This document shows positions 39,201 to 49,030 of a stretch of DNA of 64,000 nucleotides, one piece after another (positions within the stretch are counted from its first letter, which is position 1; each line of letters begins with the position of its first letter). This DNA is from Butyrivibrio sp. (GTDB lineage: Bacteria > Bacillota > Clostridia > Lachnospirales > Lachnospiraceae): positions 79,681-143,680 of the forward strand of contig JAEDHB010000001.1 in the NCBI GenBank assembly GCA_016297265.1, given 5' to 3'. Position numbers and translations under genes: made by a program. A model generated the notes under the pieces. It was not told the origin of the DNA. It saw only the letters and a list, made by a program, of their open reading frames with translations, and searched no databases.

Positions 39201-40797
39201 CATTTTCAACATCGCTGTCCTGAATGCCTGTAAGCTTCTGAATTTCAAAAGGAATAGGGATTTGAGGATTAATATATGATGAAAATCTGTCTACAATTTT
39301 CCTGTTGCACATCTTTATTGCACCGATTTCTATGATGCAGTCATTTTCAGGTGAAAAACCGGTTGTTTCTATATCAAAAATCACATATGTATCATCAAAG
39401 TCCTGTCCCTTTGCATCCTCTACGATTTTTACCGTATCATCAACAAGGTAGGCCTCCACTCCATATATTATTTTGAAATCAGGATTACTCAATTTGGTAT
39501 GAGAAGCCTCCGTAAAGCCCTGCACAACACCATGGTCCGTAATGGCAATCGCGGGATGTCCAAATTCCTCCGCCTGTTTGACTATTGCGCTCGCATCGGA
39601 AACTCCGTCCATCTCGCTCATCTTGGTATGGCAATGAAGTTCCACACGTTTTTCCATGGCCAAATCCACACGTTTCACCCTGAAGTCATTTATTTTCATA
39701 ATTCCGGTAACCGAACCAATTGTAAGCTCTCCGGAAAACTTGTCCACCGTCGTCATACCTTTTACGGCAATAAACGCACCGGTTTTCAAATCTTTTTCAA
39801 CTTCCTCAAATTGTTCCGAAGTAAAGAAAAGCTTGACCGTGATGGTGTCGGTAAAATCAGTCACATCAAACATATATATTATTTTGCCATTCTTCAATTC
39901 ACGCGTCTCCGCAAAGCGAATCTGACCTCTGAAGGTGATTTCGCCCATCTCACCCACAACGGTCTCAAGCAAAATATAATCGTCGTCAAATTCGCGTCCA
40001 TATATAACATTCTCATTGTCCGAACGCTTCACGCTACGCCTGTACTCCCCTGCGCCGGATGTCGTCTTCCTTGTGAAACCATCCTTTGTCTTGAAGTTTC
40101 CGGCAGCAGATTTCTTATCTTCTTTGTTGTTTGAAGTGGCATTGTCGGCATTGCTTTCCTTAGCATTCTCTGCCGTAGCATTGTTACTTTTTTCAGCCTG
40201 ATTCTTCTCGTATTCTGTTGAAATATTACTGATAATCTGGTTCAGCCTGTACTCGGCCTCAAGACTCTGCCTGCTCGCCTCTTTCGTGACAAACTCAGGC
40301 ACAACACTAACTTCCATGCAAAATCTGTTGAGGAACATATCATCAAGCATACGAATAATGCTATCGGCATACTGATGAGTTATGAAATTGTCATCAAAAA
40401 CAATTTTTATCGTATTTTCATCAATAAAAATAATATCCGCATCCTTTAACATCTGATGCTTCATTTTGCTTTCAAAATCAAGCTCATACAATATGCTGTC
40501 AAGATACTCATCAAAAATGGTTTTGGGTGTATGAAGTGATGATAATTGAAAGCGTTCCAGTATTGTGACATCCATATTGTTAAAAGGCAAAATCTGTTTT
40601 TTAACTTCAGCTTCTGCCTTTCTGATTATCTTTCTTGCAACAATTCTGCTAAATTTTACTACTATCTTAACCGAGGTTCTTTCTGAATTCATGACAAGCT
40701 GAAGTACATCAGCATCCTCAAACGCAGTTGTCAATTCCCTGTTGAATTTTATTGTGGGAAAAACCTCTGTAAATCTCTTAATTTCCAAATTATTCAC
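36271..40797 (-). CDS. polC: DNA polymerase III PolC-type
   Basis: PHP motifs ELHCHTKMS, TDHG; exonuclease FDIETTG, HNASFD; GSRGSVGSS; PDIDLNFSG. Confidence 0.98.
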   Translation of the reverse strand: MNNLEIKRFTEVFPTIKFNRELTTAFEDADVLQLVMNSERTSVKIVVKFSRIVARKIIRKAEAEVKKQILPFNNMDVTILERFQLSSLHTPKTIFDEYLDSILYELDFESKMKHQMLKDADIIFIDENTIKIVFDDNFITHQYADSIIRMLDDMFLNRFCMEVSVVPEFVTKEASRQSLEAEYRLNQIISNISTEYEKNQAEKSNNATAENAKESNADNATSNNKEDKKSAAGNFKTKDGFTRKTTSGAGEYRRSVKRSDNENVIYGREFDDDYILLETVVGEMGEITFRGQIRFAETRELKNGKIIYMFDVTDFTDTITVKLFFTSEQFEEVEKDLKTGAFIAVKGMTTVDKFSGELTIGSVTGIMKINDFRVKRVDLAMEKRVELHCHTKMSEMDGVSDASAIVKQAEEFGHPAIAITDHGVVQGFTEASHTKLSNPDFKIIYGVEAYLVDDTVKIVEDAKGQDFDDTYVIFDIETTGFSPENDCIIEIGAIKMCNRKIVDRFSSYINPQIPIPFEIQKLTGIQDSDVENAETVETVLPRFIEFCGDAILVAHNASFDVGFIREKAKKILGIEFKHTVVDTVGLSKVLLPALGKFKLDHVAKALKLPAFNHHRAVDDANACANIFTELITKLEARGINDLSSINEIEDFNITSVQKGKSFHAIILATSEVGRVNLYRLISKSHLTYFNRQPRIPKSEVLKLREGLILGSACEAGELFQAIVKNASSEEIARLVNFYDYLEIQPLGNNRFMIDDPKYPNVTSNADLIKLNKRIVELGTEFNKPVVATCDVHFLNPEDEIYRRIIMKGKGFPDADNQAPLYLRTTEEMLAEFDYLGEEKAYEVVITNTRKIADMCEKIKPVRPDKCAPVIPNSDNTLREICYNNAHKMYGPNLPKIVNDRLEKELNSIISNGYSVMYIIAQKLVWKSNEDGYLVGSRGSVGSSFAATMAGITEVNPLSPHYLCPNCFYCDFDSPEVRAFAGGAGCDMPDCDCPECGTRMRKEGFDIPFETFLGFDGDKEPDIDLNFSGEYQAKAHAYVEVIFGEGQTFKAGTVGTLAEKTMYGFVKNYFEEKNTRKRDCEINRIVAGGMGIKRSTGQHPGGIIVLPYGEEIDSFTPVQHPANDMTSNIVTTHFDYHSIDHNLLKLDILGHDDPTMIRMLQDLTRVDPLTIPLDSPEVMSLFQSLDALKIKPEDIGGTKLGCLGIPEFGTDFAMQMLIDTKPQHFSDLVRIAGLSHGTDVWLNNAQTLIEEGKATISTAICTRDDIMVYLINQGLEAGTAFKIMENVRKGVVAKKKCDKWPEWKEDMLAHGVPDWYVWSCEQIKYMFPKAHAAAYVMMAWRIAYCKVFYPLEYYCAYFSIRADNFSYELMCFGKEKLNYYIAEYKKKLELKTISKKEEGQLKDMRLVQEMYARGFDFLPIDLYKSHSRNFQIVDGKLLPPFKSIDGLGEVAADGIYEAAKNGKFLSVEDFMSRSKVSSVNATLMKDLGILGSMNYSNQISLFDYMGGGE

Positions 40798-41845
40798 TCC
40801 AATTATCTAATTCTTCCTTCAGACAGCTTAGCAATTCGCTTTCCGGTACTTTTTTAATAACCTCACCTTTTTTGATAAGAATGCCCTCTCCGATTCCGCC
40901 GGCAACTCCCAGGTCAGCCTCCTTTGCTTCCCCGGGACCGTTAACAATACAACCCATAACGGCAAGCTTGATATTGTAATCATAACTGCTTGCCAGGTTT
41001 TCGACCTTGTTGGCAAGGTCAATCAGATCAATCTGTGTTCTTCCGCAGGTCGGACACGATACAATTTCAATTCCGGATTGTCTGAGCCCCAACGTCCTTA
41101 ATATAATTTTTGCAGATTTGATTTCTTCCACCGGGTCTCCTGTGAGGGATACTCTGATTGTGTCACCGATTCCCTGATTAAGAATTATTCCCAGCCCCAC
41201 TGCGGATTTAATGTTACCTGAAAAAACAGTGCCGGATTCCGTTATTCCCACATGCAGCGGATAAATACATTCTTTTGCAATCAGTTCATGTGCCCTGGCG
41301 CACAAAAGAACATCCGACGATTTTATGCTTACCACAAGATTGTCATATCCCATATCTTCGATAATGCGGACCTTATCAAGGGCACTTTCAACAATTCCTT
41401 CTGCCGTCACATGACCATATTTCTCGATAATATTTTTTTCCAGCGAGCCACTGTTAACCCCGACTCTGATAGGAATATTTCTCTCCCTGGCGCAATCTAC
41501 AACAGCCCTGATTTTATCAGTCGAACCGATATTGCCCGGGTTGATTCGTATTTTATCAGCTCCATTTTCCATTGCCATAATAGCCATTCTGTAGTCAAAA
41601 TGAATATCCGCAACCAGTGGAATATGGATTTGGCTTTTAATCCCTGCTATTGCCTTTGCAGCCTCCTCATTTGGAACAGTGCAGCGGACAATTTCACATC
41701 CCGCCTCCTCCAGACGCAGAATCTGGTTAACGGTTGCAGCAATATCCTCTGTTTTGGTATTAGTCATGGACTGAATCAAAATCGGATTGCCTCCGCCTAT
41801 TTTGCGGTCACCGATTGTGACAACTTTAGTATTATTTCTGTACAT
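40790..41845 (-). CDS. ispG: HMBPP synthase
   Basis: IQSMTNT, ADIHFD, RINPGN, SCPTCGR, GCIVNGPGEA. Confidence 0.96.
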   Translation of the reverse strand: MYRNNTKVVTIGDRKIGGGNPILIQSMTNTKTEDIAATVNQILRLEEAGCEIVRCTVPNEEAAKAIAGIKSQIHIPLVADIHFDYRMAIMAMENGADKIRINPGNIGSTDKIRAVVDCARERNIPIRVGVNSGSLEKNIIEKYGHVTAEGIVESALDKVRIIEDMGYDNLVVSIKSSDVLLCARAHELIAKECIYPLHVGITESGTVFSGNIKSAVGLGIILNQGIGDTIRVSLTGDPVEEIKSAKIILRTLGLRQSGIEIVSCPTCGRTQIDLIDLANKVENLASSYDYNIKLAVMGCIVNGPGEAKEADLGVAGGIGEGILIKKGEVIKKVPESELLSCLKEELDNWSE

Positions 41846-41856
41846 ATTCTCACCAA

Positions 41857-43158
41857 TTAAAATAGTTTTCTTATATCATTAAACAAAATCGCAAGGGTTA
41901 GCAGGAATAATAGTATCACGCCGACAAAATGAACAATTCCTTCCTTCTCTCTTGGCACCGGTTTCCGTCTGACAGCCTCGATAATAAGGAAAAACAATTT
42001 GCCGCCGTCCAGTGCAGGGATTGGCAAAAGGTTCATAATTCCAAGATTTGCACTAATCATAATGCTGAAATTGAGCAGGTTCAACAATACTATCAATGCG
42101 CCCTCATCCTTGGTTTCTTCAACTACATTTCCAACGATGTTGACAATTCCCACAGGTCCGCTCACATCATTGATTGATGCCTTTTTGTTAATCAGCATTT
42201 TTATGCTGGCAAAAACACTCTTTGACCAGTATCCGGTATATTTGAAGGAATAACCAATTGTTTTAATAGGGCTTACCTTCTCCCAAACATTGGCAAAGCC
42301 CATGCCCGTTGTATAATATGACTGGTGCACTCTGTCAGGCTTTAGCTTTACCATAACCTGGGAGCCACCCCTGTCAACCATAATACGGATATTATATTCA
42401 CCATACCTCAATAACATTGAACGAAAATGCTGATAATCCTTAATTTTCTCGCCGTTAACGCTTAAAAGGACATCGCCCTTTTTGATTCCTGCCTCCGAAG
42501 CAGGCATATCGTCTGTCACATCAGATACTTCGAGTTTATTATCTGCATTATCAGTGTTTAGCATAACGCCAATCTGATACACGTTTTCGTCGACATAGCG
42601 CGGAATAACCGTGGTTTTGTACTTTTCTCCGTCACGCACATAGGTTATTTCCATTGTTTCGCCGTCATGCTCCATTTCGTACAAGGCATAATCCTCGTAG
42701 AATGTAATGTTTTTCTTATTAATCTTAACGATTTTATCCCCCGGCTTCAAACCTGCCTCATACGCAGGTGAATTATCGGCAACTGCTCCGACTACGCATG
42801 GGTCATAGCCAACCTTTCCAATCAGAATGACGGAAAAAAGAAATGCAAGAATAATATTGAACAATGGACCGGCAACAATAATTGCCATCCTTTTCCATAC
42901 GCTTTTTGACAAATACGAGCCTTCGCCCGTTTCGTCACCGTTTTCATCCATTCCGCTCATGGCACAGCTTCCGCCGAAAAGAAAAAGCTTGATACTGTAC
43001 AATGTGTCTTTTCTCTTAAACTTGAGGAGTCTTGGCCCCATTCCCAGGGAAAACTCTTTCACGTGAACGCCACATATTTTTGCAACCACAAAATGGCCGA
43101 ATTCATGAACAAAAATAAGTAAGCTGAGTATTAAAATTGCAATTAATATCTTCATCAA
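41857..43158 (-). CDS. rseP: RIP metalloprotease RseP/RasP with two PDZ domains
   Basis: HEFGH, AGPLFN, NLLPIPALDGG. Confidence 0.94.
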   Translation of the reverse strand: MMKILIAILILSLLIFVHEFGHFVVAKICGVHVKEFSLGMGPRLLKFKRKDTLYSIKLFLFGGSCAMSGMDENGDETGEGSYLSKSVWKRMAIIVAGPLFNIILAFLFSVILIGKVGYDPCVVGAVADNSPAYEAGLKPGDKIVKINKKNITFYEDYALYEMEHDGETMEITYVRDGEKYKTTVIPRYVDENVYQIGVMLNTDNADNKLEVSDVTDDMPASEAGIKKGDVLLSVNGEKIKDYQHFRSMLLRYGEYNIRIMVDRGGSQVMVKLKPDRVHQSYYTTGMGFANVWEKVSPIKTIGYSFKYTGYWSKSVFASIKMLINKKASINDVSGPVGIVNIVGNVVEETKDEGALIVLLNLLNFSIMISANLGIMNLLPIPALDGGKLFFLIIEAVRRKPVPREKEGIVHFVGVILLFLLTLAILFNDIRKLF

Positions 43159-43159
43159 T

Positions 43160-44335
43160 TCACCTCAAAAATTCTGCAACCCTTCGCTCGGTTTCGAGTA
43201 TATCCTCAAGGGTTGGATTGTCTATATATTCTATGCTATCCAGAGCTCTTTCAATCATATCGGTGATGTCCGTAAATCCTATTTTCTCATCGAGAAATCT
43301 GCTCACGGCAATTTCATTGGCCGCATTGTAAATGGTCGGCAGATTACCGCCCTTCTTACCGACCTCATATGCTAAGGCCAGTCCTCTGAAGGTTATTGTA
43401 TCAGGATTTTCAAATGAAATGTGTGAAAGTTTTGCGAAATCTAACCGTTCACTGTTCAGCGGACGCCGTTCCGGATAATATAGTGCATATTGTATAGGAA
43501 GGCGCATATCAGGGCGCCCTAACTGTGCCATAACTCCGCCATCCACAAACTGTATCATAGAATGAATAATGCTCTGGGGCTGCACCACCACCTGAACCTG
43601 TTCATATTCCACTCCGAAAAGCCACTTGGCTTCCATTACTTCCAATCCTTTGTTAATCATTGTAGCCGAATCAATGGTAATTTTTTTCCCCATTGACCAG
43701 TTTGGATGTTTAAGTGCATCGGACACCCTTACATTTCTTAATTCCTCAAGGGTTCTGCCTCTGAAAGGACCTCCCGAGGCTGTCAGAATTATTTTTTCCA
43801 CCTGTCCACTGTTTTCACCGTTAAGGCACTGGAAAATAGCACTGTGTTCACTGTCAACAGGCAGAATAGATACATTATGTTTTTGGGCAAGGTCGATAAT
43901 AATATGCCCCGCCGTAACCAGAGTTTCCTTGTTGGCCAAAGCAATATCATGCCCTGTTTCAATGGCTCTGATTGTGGGTCTTATTCCCATCATACCAACT
44001 ATTGCCGTAACCAGTATGTCATATTCACAGCATTCGGCAATTTGAATTAATCCATCCATACCAAAACAGATGTCATATTTACAATTCGGTGTTAATTCCT
44101 TCAATTCCGAATAGTCCTTTTCATCTGCAATGCAAACAAGCTTTGGACTAAACTCAACTATCTGTTCAGCCAAAGCCTTAATATTATGCCCTGCTGCCAG
44201 AGCAACAACCTCTATCTCTCTATTTTTATCAGCTCCGTCACAACAGGAGTCCGCGTCGCCATTATTATTTCTGACAACATCCAGAGTCTGCGTTCCGATT
44301 GAACCGGTGGAGCCAAGTATCGCTATTCTTTTCAT
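43160..44335 (-). CDS. dxr: 1-deoxy-D-xylulose-5-phosphate reductoisomerase
   Basis: [31 protein letters not shown]. Confidence 0.96.
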   Translation of the reverse strand: MKRIAILGSTGSIGTQTLDVVRNNNGDADSCCDGADKNREIEVVALAAGHNIKALAEQIVEFSPKLVCIADEKDYSELKELTPNCKYDICFGMDGLIQIAECCEYDILVTAIVGMMGIRPTIRAIETGHDIALANKETLVTAGHIIIDLAQKHNVSILPVDSEHSAIFQCLNGENSGQVEKIILTASGGPFRGRTLEELRNVRVSDALKHPNWSMGKKITIDSATMINKGLEVMEAKWLFGVEYEQVQVVVQPQSIIHSMIQFVDGGVMAQLGRPDMRLPIQYALYYPERRPLNSERLDFAKLSHISFENPDTITFRGLALAYEVGKKGGNLPTIYNAANEIAVSRFLDEKIGFTDITDMIERALDSIEYIDNPTLEDILETERRVAEFLR

Positions 44336-44404
44336 AAAAACCTCTAAAATGTAATCTCATTTTGCAGAATTGACGCGGGCAAAATGCCCACGTCATCATA
44401 CTTT

Positions 44405-45208
44405 TTATAAATATTTCATTAACAACTGTGCACCAATATATACAATCGGTGCAACAAAAATCATACTGTCAAATCTGTCCAGAATACCGCCATGACCCGG
44501 AATCAGATTGCTGTAATCCTTAATATTGTGATTTCTCTTTATTGCGGAAGCTGCCAAATCACCAAATATCGAAATAAATGCACCCACGGCACTGATTAAC
44601 ATAAATGGCACCTGCGCATTGATTCCAAGTGTTCCATGCAAAATAAAACCATAGGCCAATCCCACTAATGCTGCTCCGCCTACGCCTCCAATGGCCCCTT
44701 CGATGGATTTCTTAGGACTGAGGTTGGGCAGAAATTTGTGTTTTCCGATATTGACCCCGACAAAATATGCCAGAGTATCTGCAATCCATGAACATACAAA
44801 CAAAAGTATAAATACATAGATTCCGTAATCTTCAATTATCCTTATTTTGTACAGGAATGACAACGGAATTGCAACATAGAATATGCCTAAAAGTGCAAAG
44901 GCAGCATCCTTGGCCTTTCTGGTATTAAATGTGCAGACATACATAAACATTAATATAATGCCGCATGCAACACAGTAATACTGCATGTATTCCATTTTAT
45001 CAAACCAGAGCAAAACATAATATGCAGCTGCCAAAACATATCCGGTAACACCTAAAACCGTCTTATGAATACCGACAACTCTATATAATTCAAACATGCC
45101 AAGGCAAGTAATTAATAATGAGAGAAGAAACATTGTAATTCTTCCCCCGGCAACCGCTCCTACCAAAATCACTGTAAGCACGGCGCCACTAATAATTCTT
45201 GTTCGCAT
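44405..45208 (-). CDS. cdsA: Phosphatidate cytidylyltransferase
   Basis: SPKKSIEG, GDLAASAIKR, KDYSNLIPGHGGILDRFDS. Confidence 0.95.
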   Translation of the reverse strand: MRTRIISGAVLTVILVGAVAGGRITMFLLSLLITCLGMFELYRVVGIHKTVLGVTGYVLAAAYYVLLWFDKMEYMQYYCVACGIILMFMYVCTFNTRKAKDAAFALLGIFYVAIPLSFLYKIRIIEDYGIYVFILLFVCSWIADTLAYFVGVNIGKHKFLPNLSPKKSIEGAIGGVGGAALVGLAYGFILHGTLGINAQVPFMLISAVGAFISIFGDLAASAIKRNHNIKDYSNLIPGHGGILDRFDSMIFVAPIVYIGAQLLMKYL

Positions 45209-45209
45209 A

Positions 45210-45944
45210 TTATTCCTCCTTGACTCCGCCAAATCTTCTGTCTCGTTTATTATATCTCTCAATGGACTCAATCAGTCGTGATTTATTGAAATCCGGCCAC
45301 AGAACCTCCGGAAAATCAAATTCTGCATAAGCATTTTGCCAAAGCAGAAAGTTTGACAATCTCTTTTCTCCGCTTGTTCTAATGAGTAAATCGATATCCG
45401 GTGCATCACCGGTGTCAAGATATTTTGAAAACATTTTCTCACTTATTGAGTCAGGTTCAATCCCTTTATCAACAACATCTTTTACAAGCTTTCTGACAGC
45501 ACGGATAATTTCATCTCTGCCTCCGTAATTGAGCGCAATCTGAAAAGTAAGTCCTGTATTATTCTTTGTCGCTTCTTCGAGTTCCGATATTTTCGTTAAA
45601 ATATCATCATCAAGCCGGTCTCTGCTCCCCAGAACAACTACTTTCATATTATCCTTGTTGGCACGCTTAATACATGTCTTGAGATAATTTCTCAATAAGC
45701 GCATCAACCCATCCACTTCAACCTGCGAACGGGACCAGTTTTCTGTTGAAAAAACATAAACAGTCAGATATTTTATGCCAATTTCGTCCGCATCATCACG
45801 GATTTTCTCCATGACCTTGCAGCCCTTAATATGCCCATAATTCCTTGGCATATGTTTTTTTTGTGCCCATCTGCCGTTTCCATCCAGAATAATACCTACA
45901 TGGCACGGAATATTAAGGCCAAGAGACTCATTATAAATATCCAT
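45210..45944 (-). CDS. uppS: Undecaprenyl diphosphate synthase
   Basis: IILDGNGRWA, FSTENW, NYGGR, RTSGE.RLSNFLLWQ. Confidence 0.96.
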   Translation of the reverse strand: MDIYNESLGLNIPCHVGIILDGNGRWAQKKHMPRNYGHIKGCKVMEKIRDDADEIGIKYLTVYVFSTENWSRSQVEVDGLMRLLRNYLKTCIKRANKDNMKVVVLGSRDRLDDDILTKISELEEATKNNTGLTFQIALNYGGRDEIIRAVRKLVKDVVDKGIEPDSISEKMFSKYLDTGDAPDIDLLIRTSGEKRLSNFLLWQNAYAEFDFPEVLWPDFNKSRLIESIERYNKRDRRFGGVKEE

Positions 45945-45956
45945 ACAAATACCGGA

Positions 45957-46511
45957 CTATACAGTCATTATTTCCTTTGATTTATTATCTACTATTTTGT
46001 CGATTTCCGCAACATACTTATCTGTCAGTTTCTGGATATCGGCTTCAAATTTCTTAACCTCATCCTCGGACAAATCTTCTTCCTTTGCGGATTTCTTAAT
46101 TGAATCGTTGGCATCTCTTCTGATATTACGAATTGCAACCTTGGCATTCTCGCCCTTTTTCTTGATATCTTTAACAATTTCTTTTCTTCTGTCCTCAGTA
46201 AGCTCCGGAAAAACAAGTCTTATCGTTGTTCCGTCGTTAGTTGGAGTAAGACCCAAATCCGAAATAAGAATTGCTTTTTCAATATCTTTAAGAAGTGAGC
46301 TGTCACCAAATGGCTTAATCTGAATCATTCTTGCTTCCGGTACCGAAATATTAGCCACCTGCTGCAAAGGAGTAGGAACTCCGTAATACTCAACATGTAA
46401 CTTATCAAGAATATGTGGGTTGGCTCTTCCTGCTCTGATTGTCGAAAAATCAGCAGCAAGTGCATCGCAACTCTTGTTCATTTTCTCTTCGTAGATCTTA
46501 GTATCGCTCAT
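45957..46511 (-). CDS. frr: Ribosome recycling factor
   Basis: IRAGRAN, PELTEDRRK, RNIRRDAN. Confidence 0.96.
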   Translation of the reverse strand: MSDTKIYEEKMNKSCDALAADFSTIRAGRANPHILDKLHVEYYGVPTPLQQVANISVPEARMIQIKPFGDSSLLKDIEKAILISDLGLTPTNDGTTIRLVFPELTEDRRKEIVKDIKKKGENAKVAIRNIRRDANDSIKKSAKEEDLSEDEVKKFEADIQKLTDKYVAEIDKIVDNKSKEIMTV

Positions 46512-46524
46512 GTTATCCTCCTGA

Positions 46525-47226
46525 TTATACGGTAACTATTGTTCCGTGTGATTTTCCATTATAAGTATTGATAATACTGTCCTTTTCATTCAATCCAAAA
46601 ACAACCAAAGGCATTTTGTTGTCCATACACATTACAGATGCTGTAATATCGATAACTGCAAGCTTATCATTGACAACCTGTTCTATCGTCAGTTCATCGT
46701 ATTTTTGTGCATTAGGATTAGTCTTCGGATCACTGTCATATACACCATCAATTGCTTTTGCCAGATAGATTGCATCCGCATCCATTTCAATGGCTCTGAG
46801 AACAATTCCCGTATCCGTTGAAAAATACGGATGTCCGGTACCACCTGCAAAAAATACAACCTTACCCTGTTTGAAATACTTATTTGCCCTGTCCTTTGAA
46901 AATAATTTGGTCATTGTTCCGCACTCAAACGGAGTGAGGATTTCGGTATCCAGACCAACACTTCTTAACATTTCAGATACATATATACAATTCATGACTG
47001 TGGCAAGCATTCCTATCTGGTCCGCCTTTGTTCTGTCCATATTTTCGCTGGTACGTCCGCGCCAGTAATTACCGCCGCCTATTACAATACCCACCGATGC
47101 ACCGCTGTCACAGATTTCTTTTACCTGCTTAGCAATATCCAGAACTACTGCTTCGTCATATCCCTTTCCTTTTTCACCTGCAAGAGCTTCACCGCTCAAT
47201 TTCAAGAAAAGTCTTTTCTCCTTCAT
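46525..47226 (-). CDS. pyrH: UMP kinase
   Basis: LKLSGEAL, GGGN, GMLAT, GTGHPYFSTD, DGVYDSDP. Confidence 0.96.
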   Translation of the reverse strand: MKEKRLFLKLSGEALAGEKGKGYDEAVVLDIAKQVKEICDSGASVGIVIGGGNYWRGRTSENMDRTKADQIGMLATVMNCIYVSEMLRSVGLDTEILTPFECGTMTKLFSKDRANKYFKQGKVVFFAGGTGHPYFSTDTGIVLRAIEMDADAIYLAKAIDGVYDSDPKTNPNAQKYDELTIEQVVNDKLAVIDITASVMCMDNKMPLVVFGLNEKDSIINTYNGKSHGTIVTV

Positions 47227-47241
47227 TATTCAAGCCTCCAA

Positions 47242-48030
47242 TTAGCAGTTAAAGAATTTTTTAGGGCTGTTATCAGAATAGCACTGTGAACAGTAACCTT
47301 CTATAACGGCACCGTTATTAATCTGAACAGATTTGGATTTGATATTACCCATGATAATTGCTGTTGTATCAACAATAACAGGACCTTTGACATCAATATC
47401 ACCCTTGATTGCACCTGCAATAACTGCGGATGTAGCAACAAGATTCCCCTCAATCACGGAACCGCTTCCGATTTTGGCTGTTCCGTCACAGGAAATATCG
47501 CCCTTGATATTTGCCTTATCCGCAAAAAAGTCTGCGGAAGATGTATTACCGGTTATCTCACCGCTTACAACAAGTTTGCCCTTGCAGCTTACATTACCGG
47601 AAACCTTTCCAAGCAATTCAATTGAGCCGGCAGACTCAATATCACCGGATATTGTAAGTCCCGGTGTGATAATTGCAGTCTCATCGCTGATTTCGTCAGC
47701 ATCTGAAGTTTCTTCTTCAATTACATCAGGCACAGCTTCAACAATGTCCTCCGCTGTTGCCGTATCCTCTGCCAAAGCCTCCTCCGGCGCAGGAATACTG
47801 TCAATGTTTTCCAATGCCTTGCTGAGTGATTCCTCAAGCACGGTATCATCAACCTCGGCATTGACATCAACTTCAATATCTTCTTCCAGGTTATTAACCA
47901 TCACATCATCACTGATTGTTGCAGCAGTCTCGGTTGCCTCAGATGTAGTTTTGCCGGAAGACAAAGCCTCATCAGATATCTCGTTAACCGCCTGTGATAA
48001 ATCTTCTTTAAAATCCTTAAAAAATCCCAT
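47242..48030 (-). CDS. Bactofilin (polymer-forming cytoskeletal protein)
   Basis: Repeating I.G.I.....G beta-helix pattern (TISGDIESAGSIELLGKVSGNV...IMGNIKSKSVQINNGAVIEG); acidic linker; MGFFKDF N-terminus. Confidence 0.88.
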   Translation of the reverse strand: MGFFKDFKEDLSQAVNEISDEALSSGKTTSEATETAATISDDVMVNNLEEDIEVDVNAEVDDTVLEESLSKALENIDSIPAPEEALAEDTATAEDIVEAVPDVIEEETSDADEISDETAIITPGLTISGDIESAGSIELLGKVSGNVSCKGKLVVSGEITGNTSSADFFADKANIKGDISCDGTAKIGSGSVIEGNLVATSAVIAGAIKGDIDVKGPVIVDTTAIIMGNIKSKSVQINNGAVIEGYCSQCYSDNSPKKFFNC

Positions 48031-48043
48031 TATATTTCCTCCA

Positions 48044-49030
48044 TTATTTTACTTTATGATGAACCGGTACTGTATCCTCAGTTATCGGTAAAATTAACGC
48101 ATTCATTGATTGAAGCTTTTCAATGAGCCTTGGCATTGCCTCAAAAGTTGTATGACGGTAATCCGCATCATGCATCAGTACCATGGATACATCGTTTTGT
48201 TCAATACCCTCCATAATATTATTGTATACATCATTGGCACTTACATAGCCTTCCCCGTCCCCGCAGGATACATTCCAGTCAAAATACTGATACCCCTTGG
48301 TCTCAAGATATTCAGTAAAAACCGTAATCGGAAGCGTTGTCTGTGTATTGCTGGAGCCACCCGGGAATCTGAAAATCATCGAATAACTTCCCGTTGCTTT
48401 TTTGATTGCATTCTGCAGACTGCTCAATTCGCTGGCAAAAGATTTAATGCCGCCGTATACTTTTTTATAATCATGTGAATATGTATGGTTACCTAAAGAA
48501 TGCCCTCTCTTAACTATTTCCTTCAAAACATTCGGGTCCGAGTTAACACCATTGACAAAAAAAGTAACTTTAACATTATATTTATCAAAAATATCCAACA
48601 ATTTCATGGTATTACTGCTTGGTCCGTCATCAAAAGTCAGATATACTACTTTTCTTCCGGCTTTAACAGCTTCCTCCACCAATGCCTTCTCGTCTATTTT
48701 CTCAGGTTCTTCTGTTTTGGTCTCCGGTTCTGCCTTTGTAGTCTTCTCCGTACCCGGATTCGGATTAACGGGTTTGGTCTCCTCTTCCTTCGTACTATTC
48801 TCGGCAACGGCAGAAGTTCCCTCAGGTTGTTCTTCCTTCTGGGAAAAATACTGTTCAACCGTATTCTTTAAATCCTTCAAATCATTCCTGTAACCGTTCA
48901 TTCTTGCGAACAGCACAACACATAGAATCGTAGGCAAAATAATCATTGTTACAATCGTCAGCTTAATTATCCGCTTGTACAATGTAATTCTTTTTCTTCT
49001 CTTTGCCTGTTCGTCGTCTATTTCATTCAT
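48044..49030 (-). CDS. Membrane-anchored polysaccharide deacetylase (CE4/NodB, PgdA-like)
   Basis: N-terminal TM; motifs LTFDDGP, HTYSH, RFPGG, DWNV, LMHD. Confidence 0.9.
   Translation of the reverse strand: MNEIDDEQAKRRKRITLYKRIIKLTIVTMIILPTILCVVLFARMNGYRNDLKDLKNTVEQYFSQKEEQPEGTSAVAENSTKEEETKPVNPNPGTEKTTKAEPETKTEEPEKIDEKALVEEAVKAGRKVVYLTFDDGPSSNTMKLLDIFDKYNVKVTFFVNGVNSDPNVLKEIVKRGHSLGNHTYSHDYKKVYGGIKSFASELSSLQNAIKKATGSYSMIFRFPGGSSNTQTTLPITVFTEYLETKGYQYFDWNVSCGDGEGYVSANDVYNNIMEGIEQNDVSMVLMHDADYRHTTFEAMPRLIEKLQSMNALILPITEDTVPVHHKVK

Noticed and set aside
36271..40797. Intein in polC (also considered for recA)
   Set aside because: Lengths and motif order are normal; no intein splice motifs or homing endonuclease seen
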